A program made the position numbers and the translations under genes. The notes below the pieces were generated by a model. It did no database searches. It saw only the letters and a program-made list of their open reading frames with translations, and was not told the origin of the DNA. A DNA stretch of 64,000 nucleotides from Actinomycetota bacterium (GTDB taxonomy: Bacteria > Actinomycetota > Geothermincolia > Geothermincolales > RBG-13-55-18): the NCBI GenBank assembly GCA_014360645.1, contig JACIXD010000006.1, positions 79,940 to 143,939 on the forward strand, in the 5' to 3' direction. Positions 51,186 through 60,639 of this stretch are shown piece by piece. The stretch's first letter is position 1. Every line of letters starts with the position of its first letter.

Positions 51186-51791
51186 TCAGGCGCATTGGGA
51201 GGCAAAGTTTTCCAGCAACCTCAACCCCGCCCCGGAGCTCTTCTCGGGATGGAACTGGAAGGCCACCAGGTTGCCGTCCGCCACTCCGGAGACGAACTCC
51301 TCGCCGTATTGGGTGAGGGTGAGGCGGTGCTCATCCCTCTCCGGGATGACGTAATAGGAATGCACGAAATAGAAATACGAGCCCTCCGCGAGCCCCTCAA
51401 GCACGGGGTGGTCCCTCAATACGCGGATGTCGTTCCACCCCATGTGGGGCACCTTCACCCGGGAGGGAAACCTCGCCACCCTGCCCGGCAGTATTTCCAG
51501 GCCCCGCACGCCGGGGCTTTCCTCGCTCTCCTCGAAGAGCAGCTGCAGGCCCAAGCAGATACCCAGGAATGGCACGCCGCCGTCGATGGCCCGGCGCAGG
51601 GGATCCGCCAACTTTCTCTCCTCCAGCTCGCGCATGGCGTCGCCGAAGGCCCCCACGCCGGGGAGCACCACCCCCGAGGCCGCCAGCACGTCGGCGGGCT
51701 CCGGGCTCACCGCGACCTCTTTCCCGAGAAAGGCGAAGGCCTTTTCCACGCTGCGCAGGTTCCCCATGCCGTAATCGACGATGCAGATCAT
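51186..51791 (-). CDS. hisH: Imidazole glycerol phosphate synthase glutaminase subunit
   Basis: DYGMGNLRS, LGICLG, PHMGWN, QFHPEKS. Confidence 0.97.
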   Translation of the reverse strand: MICIVDYGMGNLRSVEKAFAFLGKEVAVSPEPADVLAASGVVLPGVGAFGDAMRELEERKLADPLRRAIDGGVPFLGICLGLQLLFEESEESPGVRGLEILPGRVARFPSRVKVPHMGWNDIRVLRDHPVLEGLAEGSYFYFVHSYYVIPERDEHRLTLTQYGEEFVSGVADGNLVAFQFHPEKSSGAGLRLLENFASQCA

Positions 51792-51809
51792 GGCGCGCGC
51801 TCCGTCACT

Positions 51810-52397
51810 TCAGAGGGTTCCCTTGCTCGACGGGACTCCCCGGCCACCCGGAGCATGCCTTATCGCGGCGCCCAGGGCTCTCCCGATGCCCTTGAAAGCC
51901 GCCTCCATCACGTGGTGGGGGTTGTCTCCAGCCAGGCCCTTCACGTGCAGGGTGATCCCGGCCTCGTTGACGAAGGCCTGGAGGAATTCCCGCAGACAGG
52001 TGGGGTCGAAATCGCTCACCAGGCGCGCCGGAAGCTCGAGTTGGTACGAGAGATGGGGTCTGCCGCTGAGATCGAGGGATACCCGGCAGAGGGCCTCGTC
52101 CATAGGCAGCAGGGCCCATCCGTAACGCTCGATGCCCTCCTTTTCTCCCAGCGCCTCCCGGAAGCACTTTCCGAGGCACAGCCCCACGTCCTCCACGGTG
52201 TGGTGCTGGTCCACCTCCAGGTCCCCTCGCGCCTCCAGGCGCAGGTCCACGCCGGCATGGTAGGCCATGAGCTCCAGCATGTGGTCGAAAAACCCGATGC
52301 CCGTAGAGACCTCGCAACGGCCTTCGCCGTCCAGGTCGAGCTCAAGCTTTACCCGCGTCTCGGCGGTATTCCTCTCCAGGCCTGACCTTCTCATCAT
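51810..52397 (-). CDS. hisB: Imidazoleglycerol-phosphate dehydratase
   Basis: RNTAET, FFDHML, DQHHTVED, PMDEAL, NPHH, PSSKG. Confidence 0.96.
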   Translation of the reverse strand: MMRRSGLERNTAETRVKLELDLDGEGRCEVSTGIGFFDHMLELMAYHAGVDLRLEARGDLEVDQHHTVEDVGLCLGKCFREALGEKEGIERYGWALLPMDEALCRVSLDLSGRPHLSYQLELPARLVSDFDPTCLREFLQAFVNEAGITLHVKGLAGDNPHHVMEAAFKGIGRALGAAIRHAPGGRGVPSSKGTL

Positions 52398-52440
52398 GTT
52401 CATTAGATTAGCATATACGCATCGCGGTGTCGGACCCCGC

Positions 52441-53700
52441 TCAATCCGAGTGCCTGCGCATGGCTTCGGCGTGGCGCACGAGGCCCTCCATGGCGGCGAG
52501 CGTCTGCACCACCGGCCCCAGGATGCGGTTGGCCCTGGGGTTGGAGAACACGATGTTGGAGCGCTTGACGAAGTCGTACACCCCCAAGGGTGAGGCGTAG
52601 CGCGCCGCACCGCGGGTGGGGAGCACGTGGTTGACGCCCATGGCATAGTCTCCCAGGGCCACGGGTGATTCCGTGCCCAGGAACACGGAGCCCGCGTTGT
52701 GCACCTTGGGAAGCAGGGACGGGAAATCCACGGTGGCCAGCAGGAGATGCTCCGGCGCAAGGTGGTTGGCGAGCCTGACCCCCTCTTCGAGGGTCTCCAC
52801 CAGGACCGCGGTCGCCCTGTCCTCCAGGGCCTCGCCGGAATCCTCCAGGCGCCTTCCCACCCTCAGCGCCAGCTCCTCGCTGGTGGTGATCAGGCAGGCC
52901 CGCGCCCCTCCTCCGTGCTCCATCTGCGCCAGCATCTCCAGGGTCACGAACTCCTCGTCCGCCTCCGCGTCCGCTATCACCACCAGCTCGCTCGGACCGG
53001 CCAGCATGTCGATGCCCACCCGCCCGTAGACCTCCTTCTTGGCCAGGGTGACGTAGATGTTCCCGGGACCCACGATCTTCTCCACCGCTTTTACGGTCTC
53101 CGTCCCGTAGGCCATGGCGGCTATGGCCTGCGCGCCTCCCAGGCGGTAGACCTCGCTCACCCCCAGAAGCTTCAGGGCATATAGGGTGTAGGGGTTGACG
53201 CCGCCGTCGCGGCCGGGCGGAACGCACACCGCTATCTCCTGCACCCCCGCGACCTTGGCGGGTATCACCGTCATCATGGCCGTGGAGGGATAGGCGGCCA
53301 TCCCTCCCGGCACGTACGCGCCCACGCGGTGCAGGGGCTTGAGCATCTGCCCCAGGCGCGCGCCCTCCTCGGAGTCCCAGAAATCCGATTCCCAGGTCTG
53401 GTGGCGGTGAAAGGCGGTGATGGATTTCACCGCCGCGCGGGCCGCCTCCGCGAATTCCCTTCCCACCGCCTCCGCGGACGCGTCCACCTCCGCCCGGGAC
53501 ACCCGCAGCCCCCTGGAAGATATATCCACCCCGTCGAGCTCTTCCGTCAACTCCAGGAGGGCGACGTCTCCTCCCTGCCTCACGCGATCGATTATCTCCT
53601 TCACCTCCGCGGCAGGGGTCTCCTCCAGCCAGAAATCCCAGCTCAGGGCGCGCCTTATCTCCTCCACATCGGCGAAATCCCCGTGTCTGACTATCCTCAT
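52441..53700 (-). CDS. hisD: Histidinol dehydrogenase
   Basis: YVPGG, GGAQAIAA, GPGNIYV, AGPSE, APEHL, NHVLPT. Confidence 0.96.
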   Translation of the reverse strand: MRIVRHGDFADVEEIRRALSWDFWLEETPAAEVKEIIDRVRQGGDVALLELTEELDGVDISSRGLRVSRAEVDASAEAVGREFAEAARAAVKSITAFHRHQTWESDFWDSEEGARLGQMLKPLHRVGAYVPGGMAAYPSTAMMTVIPAKVAGVQEIAVCVPPGRDGGVNPYTLYALKLLGVSEVYRLGGAQAIAAMAYGTETVKAVEKIVGPGNIYVTLAKKEVYGRVGIDMLAGPSELVVIADAEADEEFVTLEMLAQMEHGGGARACLITTSEELALRVGRRLEDSGEALEDRATAVLVETLEEGVRLANHLAPEHLLLATVDFPSLLPKVHNAGSVFLGTESPVALGDYAMGVNHVLPTRGAARYASPLGVYDFVKRSNIVFSNPRANRILGPVVQTLAAMEGLVRHAEAMRRHSD

Positions 53701-53777
53701 CAGGACCGTTCCCGCCCTTTCCCTCGTACCGTTCTACTTGACCACTCACTCTTCTCTTCCGGATGCATGCGCCGCGC

Positions 53778-56700
53778 CTATTCCAGCGCGATACATCCGT
53801 CGCCCAGGAGGGACAGCACCTCGGCATACAGCGAACCGTCCGGATCCACGCGGTATTCGTCCGGCAGGCGGAACACCTTGAGGGTGTCTCCCTCCTCCAG
53901 CTTGAGTTTAACAGGAGTGCCGCCGGGATGTCTTCCCAGCACCTCCTTGAGGTCCTCCAGGATATCCCTTTCCGCCTGGCATCTCAAGAGCCGGATGCAG
54001 AGCTCGCTGTCCTGCGGCCCGCGCAGGCGAGGTTCCTTTAGCTCCAGCGCCACCACCCGCACCGTGCCGCCGCCCTCCTCGTCCCTCTCGCTTGCCTCCA
54101 CCCTCGCCTTGACGCATACCACGCCGTCCTCTCGCAGGATCTCCCGGTGCTGGGAGTAGAGGGCCGGAAACACCGTGACCTCCACCCTTCCCGTGAGGTC
54201 CTCGAGGGTGAAGCCGGCCATGAGGTCGCCTTTTCTGGTCACCCTCTGGTTTATCTTGCCGATGATCCCCCCTATCCATTTCACAGCGCCGTCTCCCAGC
54301 TCGGGAAGGTCGGCGATCTCGCACTCCACATGTCGCCGCAGCTCCTCCCGGACCTGCATGAGGGGGTGATCGGAGACGTAGATGCCCAGCATCTCCTTCT
54401 CGTACGCTAGGAGCATGTCCTTGGGCAACTCCTCCTCCACCGGGTCGCTGGCCATGGGGTCGTCCACGTCCTCGTCCCCGAAGAGCGAGAACTGCCCTTC
54501 CTCCAGCAGGCGCTGCCTCTCGGCGGCCAGGTCCGCGACGCGGTCGTACACCTTGAGGAGATGGTTGCGGGTATACCCCAGAAAATCGAAGGCGCCGCTC
54601 TTGATGAGGCTCTCCAGGGCGCGCTTGTTGACCACCCCGGAACCCACCCTGGTGCAGAAATCGAGCAGCGACTCGTAGGGTCCGTGTTCCCTGCGCAGGG
54701 CGATGATCCTCTCCGCGGCGTTGTCCCCCAGGTTGCGAACCGCCGAGAGGCCGAATCGGATCCCCTCCTCCACCGGCGTGAACTCCTTGAGGCTCTCGTT
54801 GATATCGGGAGGGAGTATGGGGATGCCCAGCTTGCGGCATTCGTTGACGAACACCGGGACCTTGTCCTTGTTGCCGGTCACGCTGGTGAGGTTGGCGGCC
54901 ATGAACTCCCGGGGATAGTGAGCCTTGAGGTAGGCGGTCTGGTAGGAGATGAAGGCATAGGCGGTGGAGTGGCTCTTGTTGAAGCCGTAGAACCCGAACT
55001 CCTTCACGAGGTCGAAGATCATCTGCGCCAAGCGGCGGTCGTAGCCTCTCTCCACCGCGCCCTCCACGAACTTGGCGCGGTGCACCTCCATCTCCTTGGC
55101 CTTGCTCTTGGCGACCACCCCTCGCAGCACGTCCGCCTCGGCCATGCTGTAGCCCGCCATCTCCACCGCCAGGCGCATGACCTGCTCCTGGTAGAGGATG
55201 ATGCCCTTGGTCTCCTCCAGCACCGGCTTGAGGTCAGGGTGGGGATATTCCACCGCGGCGCGCTTGTGCTTGCGGTTAACGTAGGTCTTCACCCACCCGC
55301 CTCGCAGGGGTCCCGGGCGGTAGAGGGCCAGGCAGGCGATGAGGTCCTCGAAGCAGTCCGGCCGCAGCTCATGCAGCAGCGAGCGCATGCCCGCGCTCTC
55401 CAGCTGGAACACCCCGACCGTCTCGCCGCGCTGCAGGAGCTCGTAGGTCTTCGGGTCGTCCAGCGGTATCTCGTCCAGGTCTATGCGGACGCCGTGCATG
55501 CGCTGGATGTGGTCCAGGGTGTCGCTGATCACCGTGAGGGTGCGCAGCCCCAGGAAGTCCATCTTCAGGAGGCCGATCTCCTGGATGGTGGACATGTCGA
55601 ACTGAGTCACCACCTCTTCGTCCGAGCCACGACGCTGCAGGGGCGTGTATTTGCACAGTTCGTCGTCGGCGATCACCACTCCCGCGGCATGGATGGAGTC
55701 CTGACGGGTGATCCCCTCCAGGTTGCGCGCGGTATCGATGATCTTGCGCGCGAGCTCGTCCGACTCGTAGGCCTCCCTCAGCTCCGGAGAGATCTCCAGG
55801 GCCTGGTCTATGGTGACGTTCTGTATGCTGTCCGGTACCATCTTGGCCAAGCGGTCGACCTTGCCGTATTCCAGGTTGAACACCCTGCCCGCGTCGCGGA
55901 TCGCAGCCCTGGCGGCCATGGTGGAGAAGGTGACGATCTGGGCCACGCGGTCCTCGCCGTACTTGCGGCTCACGTACTCGATGACCTCGGGACGTCGCTT
56001 GTAGCAGAAGTCGATGTCGATATCGGGCATGGTGCGGCGCGAGGGGTTCAGGAAGCGCTCGAAGAGGAGGCCGTAGCGCATAGGGTCCACGGTGGTGATG
56101 CCGAGGCAGTAGGCGGTAAGGGACCCCGCCGCCGAGCCCCTGCCCGGGCCGACCATGATGCCGTTCTCCTTCGCGTAGCGGATGAAGTCCCAGACGATGA
56201 GGAAATACCCCGAGAAGCCCATCTCCCGGATGACCGACAGCTCGTAGCGCAGCCTCTCCTCAAGCTCCGGGGTGACTTCCCGGTAGCGGCGGCGCAGCCC
56301 CTCCCAGGCCAGCTTCTCCAGATAGCCGTCGATGTCGTAACCCTCCGGCACCTGGTACCTGGGGAGAAGGTAGCGGCCGAAATCGAGCTCCACGTTGCAG
56401 CGCTCCGCGATCTCCACCGCGTTGGACAGGGCCTCCGGCGCCCCCCCGAAGAGCCCGCTCATCTCCTCGTAGTCCTTGAGGTAGAACTGGTCGCTGGAGA
56501 AGCGCAGCCTGTCCTCCTGGTCGAGGGTGGAGTTGGTCTGGATACAGAGAAGGACGTCGTGGTGGATGCTGTCCTCCCTGCGCACGTAATGGAGGTCGTT
56601 GCTGGCCACCAGGCCTATGCCGAGCTCCTCGGCCAACTGCAGCAATCCCGGGTTGATCTTCTTCTCCTCCGGGAGGCCGTGGTCCATGAGCTCGAGGAAG

Positions 56701-57209
56701 AAGTTCCTCTCCCCGAAGATCTCCCGGTACTCGCGCGCCGCCACGGCGGCCCCCTCGTAATCGTCTCCCAGCAGGCGCGAGGCTACCTCCCCCTTAAGGC
56801 AGGCGGAACAGGCGATGATGCCCCTGTGGTACGTGCGCAGCGCCTCCTTGTCCAGGCGCGGCTTGTAATAAAAACCGTCCATGTAGGAGATGGTGACCAG
56901 CTTCATGAGGTTGCGGTATCCCTCCAGGTTCTCCGCCAGGAGCAGGAGGTGGTAGTTGGGATCCTCTTTCACCGGCTTGCGGTCGAACCGCGAGCCCGGC
57001 GTGACATAGGCCTCCACTCCGATCACGGGCTTGATCCCCTGCCTCACCGCCTCGCGGTAGAAGGGCACCACGCCATACATGCCCCCGTGGTCGGTAATGG
57101 CCAGGGCATCGTAGCCCATCTCCCTGGCCGAGGACACCAGGTTCGGGATGCGCGCAGCGCCGTCCAGCATGGAATACTCGGTGTGATTGTGCAGGTGCAC
57201 GAAGGGCAC
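53778..57209 (-). CDS. dnaE: DNA polymerase III alpha subunit
   Basis: PHP domain FVHLHNHTEYS, GRGSAAGS, PDIDIDF, YGFNKSH, OB fold. Confidence 0.97.
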   Translation of the reverse strand: MPFVHLHNHTEYSMLDGAARIPNLVSSAREMGYDALAITDHGGMYGVVPFYREAVRQGIKPVIGVEAYVTPGSRFDRKPVKEDPNYHLLLLAENLEGYRNLMKLVTISYMDGFYYKPRLDKEALRTYHRGIIACSACLKGEVASRLLGDDYEGAAVAAREYREIFGERNFFLELMDHGLPEEKKINPGLLQLAEELGIGLVASNDLHYVRREDSIHHDVLLCIQTNSTLDQEDRLRFSSDQFYLKDYEEMSGLFGGAPEALSNAVEIAERCNVELDFGRYLLPRYQVPEGYDIDGYLEKLAWEGLRRRYREVTPELEERLRYELSVIREMGFSGYFLIVWDFIRYAKENGIMVGPGRGSAAGSLTAYCLGITTVDPMRYGLLFERFLNPSRRTMPDIDIDFCYKRRPEVIEYVSRKYGEDRVAQIVTFSTMAARAAIRDAGRVFNLEYGKVDRLAKMVPDSIQNVTIDQALEISPELREAYESDELARKIIDTARNLEGITRQDSIHAAGVVIADDELCKYTPLQRRGSDEEVVTQFDMSTIQEIGLLKMDFLGLRTLTVISDTLDHIQRMHGVRIDLDEIPLDDPKTYELLQRGETVGVFQLESAGMRSLLHELRPDCFEDLIACLALYRPGPLRGGWVKTYVNRKHKRAAVEYPHPDLKPVLEETKGIILYQEQVMRLAVEMAGYSMAEADVLRGVVAKSKAKEMEVHRAKFVEGAVERGYDRRLAQMIFDLVKEFGFYGFNKSHSTAYAFISYQTAYLKAHYPREFMAANLTSVTGNKDKVPVFVNECRKLGIPILPPDINESLKEFTPVEEGIRFGLSAVRNLGDNAAERIIALRREHGPYESLLDFCTRVGSGVVNKRALESLIKSGAFDFLGYTRNHLLKVYDRVADLAAERQRLLEEGQFSLFGDEDVDDPMASDPVEEELPKDMLLAYEKEMLGIYVSDHPLMQVREELRRHVECEIADLPELGDGAVKWIGGIIGKINQRVTRKGDLMAGFTLEDLTGRVEVTVFPALYSQHREILREDGVVCVKARVEASERDEEGGGTVRVVALELKEPRLRGPQDSELCIRLLRCQAERDILEDLKEVLGRHPGGTPVKLKLEEGDTLKVFRLPDEYRVDPDGSLYAEVLSLLGDGCIALE

Positions 57210-57344
57210 TCCCAACTCCTCACCTCCGCTCTCCGGGTGCGGCTCCCCGCTCGAGGCCGGGGCCATGCAGGTAAGCGGCTTCACCGCTCCACGGGGGATT
57301 TCGCCAACCCGCCCGCCGGGTCCTTTCCGTCACCGGCCGGTGTT

Positions 57345-57367
57345 ATTATAACCTCCCCGGGGGACAA
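57345..57367 (-). promoter_or_regulatory. RecA-NDp-like promoter of dnaE
   Basis: TTGTC-CCCCGGGGAGGT-TATAAT (12-nt spacer). Confidence 0.55.
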
Positions 57368-57462
57368 CCGCCGCGGCGCCCGGGGGAGGGAACCGCCCGC
57401 ACAAGAGAGCGCGAGCAGACCTTGGTGCAGGAAGACGGCGCGGAGAGGACGGGAGGAGGATC

Positions 57463-58344
57463 ATGCGCCTGAGTTACACCGCCATCAGCTCCTACGAGCG
57501 ATGCCCCCTTTCCTACCGATATCGCTACCTGGACGGCATAGAGGAGGAGCCCAGTCCGCATCTCTCCTTCGGCCGCAGCCTGCACGCCGCCCTGGAGTGG
57601 CTGTACCAACGCGACGTCCCCGTGCCCCCTTCCCTGGAGGAACTGCTGGACTACCTGGTCACCTGCTGGAGCAACGAGGGGTTCGAGGACGAGGAGCAGG
57701 AGAGGTCCTTCCTCGCTCACGCACAAGAGGTCCTGAGCTGCTTTTATCGCCTCAACGTGGGGGACTTCCGCCTCCCGGTGGCCCTCGAAGCGCGCTTCGA
57801 ACTGGACATGGGCGACTACGTGCTCAGCGGGGTCATAGACCGCGTGGACCGCCATCCCGACGGCAGATACGAGATAATCGACTACAAGACCAACCGCAGA
57901 CTACCCGAACTCTCGAGGCTGCGCGAGGACCTCCAGCTCCCCATCTATCAGATCGCCTGCGGGGAGATATGGGGGATCACCCCCGCCAAGCTCACTTTCT
58001 ATTACCTGGTGCCCAACCAGCGGTTCTCCACGCGCCCCCTGGACGGGGAAAGCCTGGCGCGCGTCAGGGAGCGCATCGACCTCGTCGCCTCCCGCATAGC
58101 GCACGGTGAATTCGACCCCAGCCCCAACCGCCTCTGTCCTTGGTGCTCCTACCGCGACATCTGCCCGGCCTTCCCCCGGGAGGTGGACGAGGAGGAGGCC
58201 TACCGCTTCCGCTACCGCGCGCTTCTGCAGCGCCGGGAGAGGCTGGAGGCGCTCATCGGCGAACTGGAGGAAGAGATGGCGACGCGGGGGGTTTCCCCCG
58301 CCATGGAGGGCGAAGGGGAGGACGGCGGCGGCCAGCCCTCATAG
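57463..58344 (+). CDS. PD-(D/E)XK RecB/AddB-like nuclease with putative 4Fe-4S cluster
   Basis: SYTAISSYERCP, GRSLH, E..GVIDRVD, IIDYKT, QLPIY, CPWCSYRDICP; strong SD. Confidence 0.9.
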   Translation: MRLSYTAISSYERCPLSYRYRYLDGIEEEPSPHLSFGRSLHAALEWLYQRDVPVPPSLEELLDYLVTCWSNEGFEDEEQERSFLAHAQEVLSCFYRLNVGDFRLPVALEARFELDMGDYVLSGVIDRVDRHPDGRYEIIDYKTNRRLPELSRLREDLQLPIYQIACGEIWGITPAKLTFYYLVPNQRFSTRPLDGESLARVRERIDLVASRIAHGEFDPSPNRLCPWCSYRDICPAFPREVDEEEAYRFRYRALLQRRERLEALIGELEEEMATRGVSPAMEGEGEDGGGQPS

Positions 58345-58758
58345 GCCTCTCGCGTTGATGCTCATGAACATGAAGCCGCGCACGGCGTTTCCGCCCCCGG
58401 CCTTTCGGACTTCGGTGTCCTCGCGTCCCCCCTCACCTTCGTCGCTGCTGGCCACCGGAGAAGCTCGCGGCGATGAGGGCTTACCTGCTGGAAGCGAGGT
58501 ATCCGGGGCCTCCTCCCCCGCGGTTGCATGCTCACGATGTCCCGAACCGTCCGTATAGGCCGACCTGGCGCGGTAGTACACCTTCCGCCCTTCGTCGAAA
58601 CGGTCCAGTATCCCCAGGCGCACCAGGGCCTCGAGCTGCGGCTCCACGTCGTCTTTGGTCCTGGCGAGGTGCTCGGCGACCTCCTCGCAGGTACAGCGAC
58701 GGTGGGGGTAGCGGTTGAAAAAGGCTATCGCCTCTACCCTTACCAGTTTGCCGGACAT
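58339..58758 (-). CDS. Small winged-helix domain protein
   Basis: FF..P..CT.EEVAEHLAR...VEPQLEALVRLGIL..YYR; SD GGGAGG. Confidence 0.7.
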   Translation of the reverse strand: MSGKLVRVEAIAFFNRYPHRRCTCEEVAEHLARTKDDVEPQLEALVRLGILDRFDEGRKVYYRARSAYTDGSGHREHATAGEEAPDTSLPAGKPSSPRASPVASSDEGEGGREDTEVRKAGGGNAVRGFMFMSINARGL

Positions 58759-59272
58759 CTCCCCTCCCCGTATTACCTCTTTATCCCGCCTCCTTGCCGT
58801 TTCCTCGCCCTGAGAAGATTATCCGCCTCCGTCCCTCCCGGGCAAAGCAAAGCTCCGTCAAAGGCGCAAAATCTCTACCGAGAGGTAACACATGGGGGAT
58901 GAGCGGGGCGCCGACGCCCTCCGGCGAAAAGCCGCGGGAAACCCCGAGGCGCGGGCGGCAGCTCTGCGATGAAGCCGTCCCGCCTCCGGGACCGCCTCCC
59001 ATCGCGAGGCCGCCGATCCCCGTTGGGCGCGGCGCGATGTCCAGGATTTACGTTCATGCAGCCCGATGGCAAGCGGCGCTCGCATCCATTCGGCATACTC
59101 CAGCCCACGTACACGGCGGCCGGAAAGACTTCGCGATATACGTATCAACGCGCACGCGGAGGCCCGCACGCGATCTCTCGGGGCGGAAGATCCCGGGAAC
59201 ACTGGATCCAAGGTTGTGCACGGGGTGTCTATGGTGATGTTGGTGGTGGTCCCACCTGGTTATCTGAGCGTA

Positions 59273-59593
59273 TCAGGACATCCCCATCGACGCGTCGTTC
59301 GCCCTGGGCAAGTCCGTATCCTCCCGCTCCCGGGAGGATACGGATACGGGGGGAAGGTAGCGATAATACGTCTCCTTTCCCCTCGCCCTTTCCTGCAGGA
59401 TGCGCAGCTGGACCAGCTTCTTCAGCTGCGCCTCCACCCGGAGCCGGTCGCGCCCAATGGCTTCCGCCATGCGCTCCGGCGTGCACTCCATGCCCGGATG
59501 GCGGTGAAAGTGGGTGATGAGCTCGATGCGTATTATGCTGTCGCAGGCCCCATTCCCGCCGGGGAAGACCCTTTCGCCATGCAAACGGCTCAT
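59273..59593 (-). CDS. Small winged-helix domain protein (paralogue)
   Basis: HF..HP..CT.ERMAEAIGR...VEAQLKKLVQLRIL..YYR; SD AAAGGAGGT. Confidence 0.72.
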   Translation of the reverse strand: MSRLHGERVFPGGNGACDSIIRIELITHFHRHPGMECTPERMAEAIGRDRLRVEAQLKKLVQLRILQERARGKETYYRYLPPVSVSSREREDTDLPRANDASMGMS

Positions 59594-59705
59594 GCGACCT
59601 CCTTTCACTATGATTATCAGCGTTCTGCGGGAAAATGATGAGGAGATTCCCGAAAGCGTGCCATTTGAAGGCGTGAATGGTCGATTCGGGGGGCGAACGG
59701 GAGCT

Positions 59706-60638
59706 CTAGGTGCGCGCCGTCCGTGACTCCAGGACCTCGAGCGCGGCCTCCAGGTCCCCGGGCAGGGGGTCCTCGAACTCCATCTCCTCCCCGCTCACGG
59801 GATGCCTGAAAGCGAGCTTCCATGCATGCAGGAACTGCCGCTCTATGCCCAGCTCGGCCTCAAGTGACCCGGGACGCCCGTACTCCCGGTCCCCCACCAC
59901 CGGATGCCCTATATAGGCCATGTGCACCCTGATCTGGTGGGTCCGCCCCGTCTCCAGCTCCGCCTCCAGGAGGGAGGCGCGTCCCAGCTCCCGCAACACC
60001 CGGAAATGGGTGACCGCTTTTCTTCCCGAGACCGCGTTCACCGCCATGCGCCTGCGGTTCCGCTCGTCCCTTCCCACCGGCACGTCGACCGTGCCCAATC
60101 CCGTGGCGGGGACGCCGTGCACCAGCACCAGGTAATAGCGGTGCAGGGTCCGGTCCCTGATCATCCCCTGCAGTAGGAGGTGGGAGCGGTCGTTCTTGGC
60201 CACCACCAGCAGGCCCGAGGTGTCGCGGTCCAGGCGGTGGACGATGCCCGGCCTGCTCACGCCCCCCACGCCGGAGAGCCCTTCCAGGGCATGAAGCAGG
60301 GCGTTGACCAGCGTGCCCTCGCGGTGGGCGGCAGCGGGGTGCACCACCATGCCCGCCGGCTTGCTCACCACCGCCAGGTCATCGTCCTGGTAGAGAACGC
60401 GTACGGGTATGTCCTGCGCCGGAGGCTCGGGGGGGACGGGGTCCGGGAGGCAGGCCTCCAACCTCTCCCCGGCGCTCACCAGATGGCTCTTGCGGGCGGG
60501 GGCGCCGTCCACCCGTACCCCGCCCTCGGCGATGATGCGCTGCGCTGCGGCGCGGCTAATCCCGGTATGTCGCGAGATACAGACGTCAAGCCTCGTGCCC
60601 TGGTCCTCTGCGGAAGCGGTGAACGCGAAGACCCTCAA
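59706..60638 (-). CDS. rluD: RluA/RluD family 23S rRNA pseudouridine synthase
   Basis: S4 domain RLD, KPAGMVVHP, GIVHRLDRDTSG, TGRTHQIRVH. Confidence 0.93.
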   Translation of the reverse strand: MRVFAFTASAEDQGTRLDVCISRHTGISRAAAQRIIAEGGVRVDGAPARKSHLVSAGERLEACLPDPVPPEPPAQDIPVRVLYQDDDLAVVSKPAGMVVHPAAAHREGTLVNALLHALEGLSGVGGVSRPGIVHRLDRDTSGLLVVAKNDRSHLLLQGMIRDRTLHRYYLVLVHGVPATGLGTVDVPVGRDERNRRRMAVNAVSGRKAVTHFRVLRELGRASLLEAELETGRTHQIRVHMAYIGHPVVGDREYGRPGSLEAELGIERQFLHAWKLAFRHPVSGEEMEFEDPLPGDLEAALEVLESRTART

Positions 60639-60639
60639 G

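Noticed and set aside
54561-58109. Long plus-strand ORFs (for example 1182 aa here, also 44-1471, 27670-29604, 36284-38344, 39488-41359)
   Set aside because: Antisense shadows of high-GC minus-strand housekeeping genes, with no motifs of their own
57463-58344. Nuclease as Cas4 of a CRISPR or defence system
   Set aside because: No array, cas genes or partner defence genes; stand-alone PD-(D/E)XK proteins are common in core genomes
58835-58890. GGCAAA...GGCGCAAA resembling a c-di-GMP-I riboswitch
   Set aside because: It is on the strand opposite to the downstream gene and lacks the GNRA-capped P2 stem and the P3 receptor
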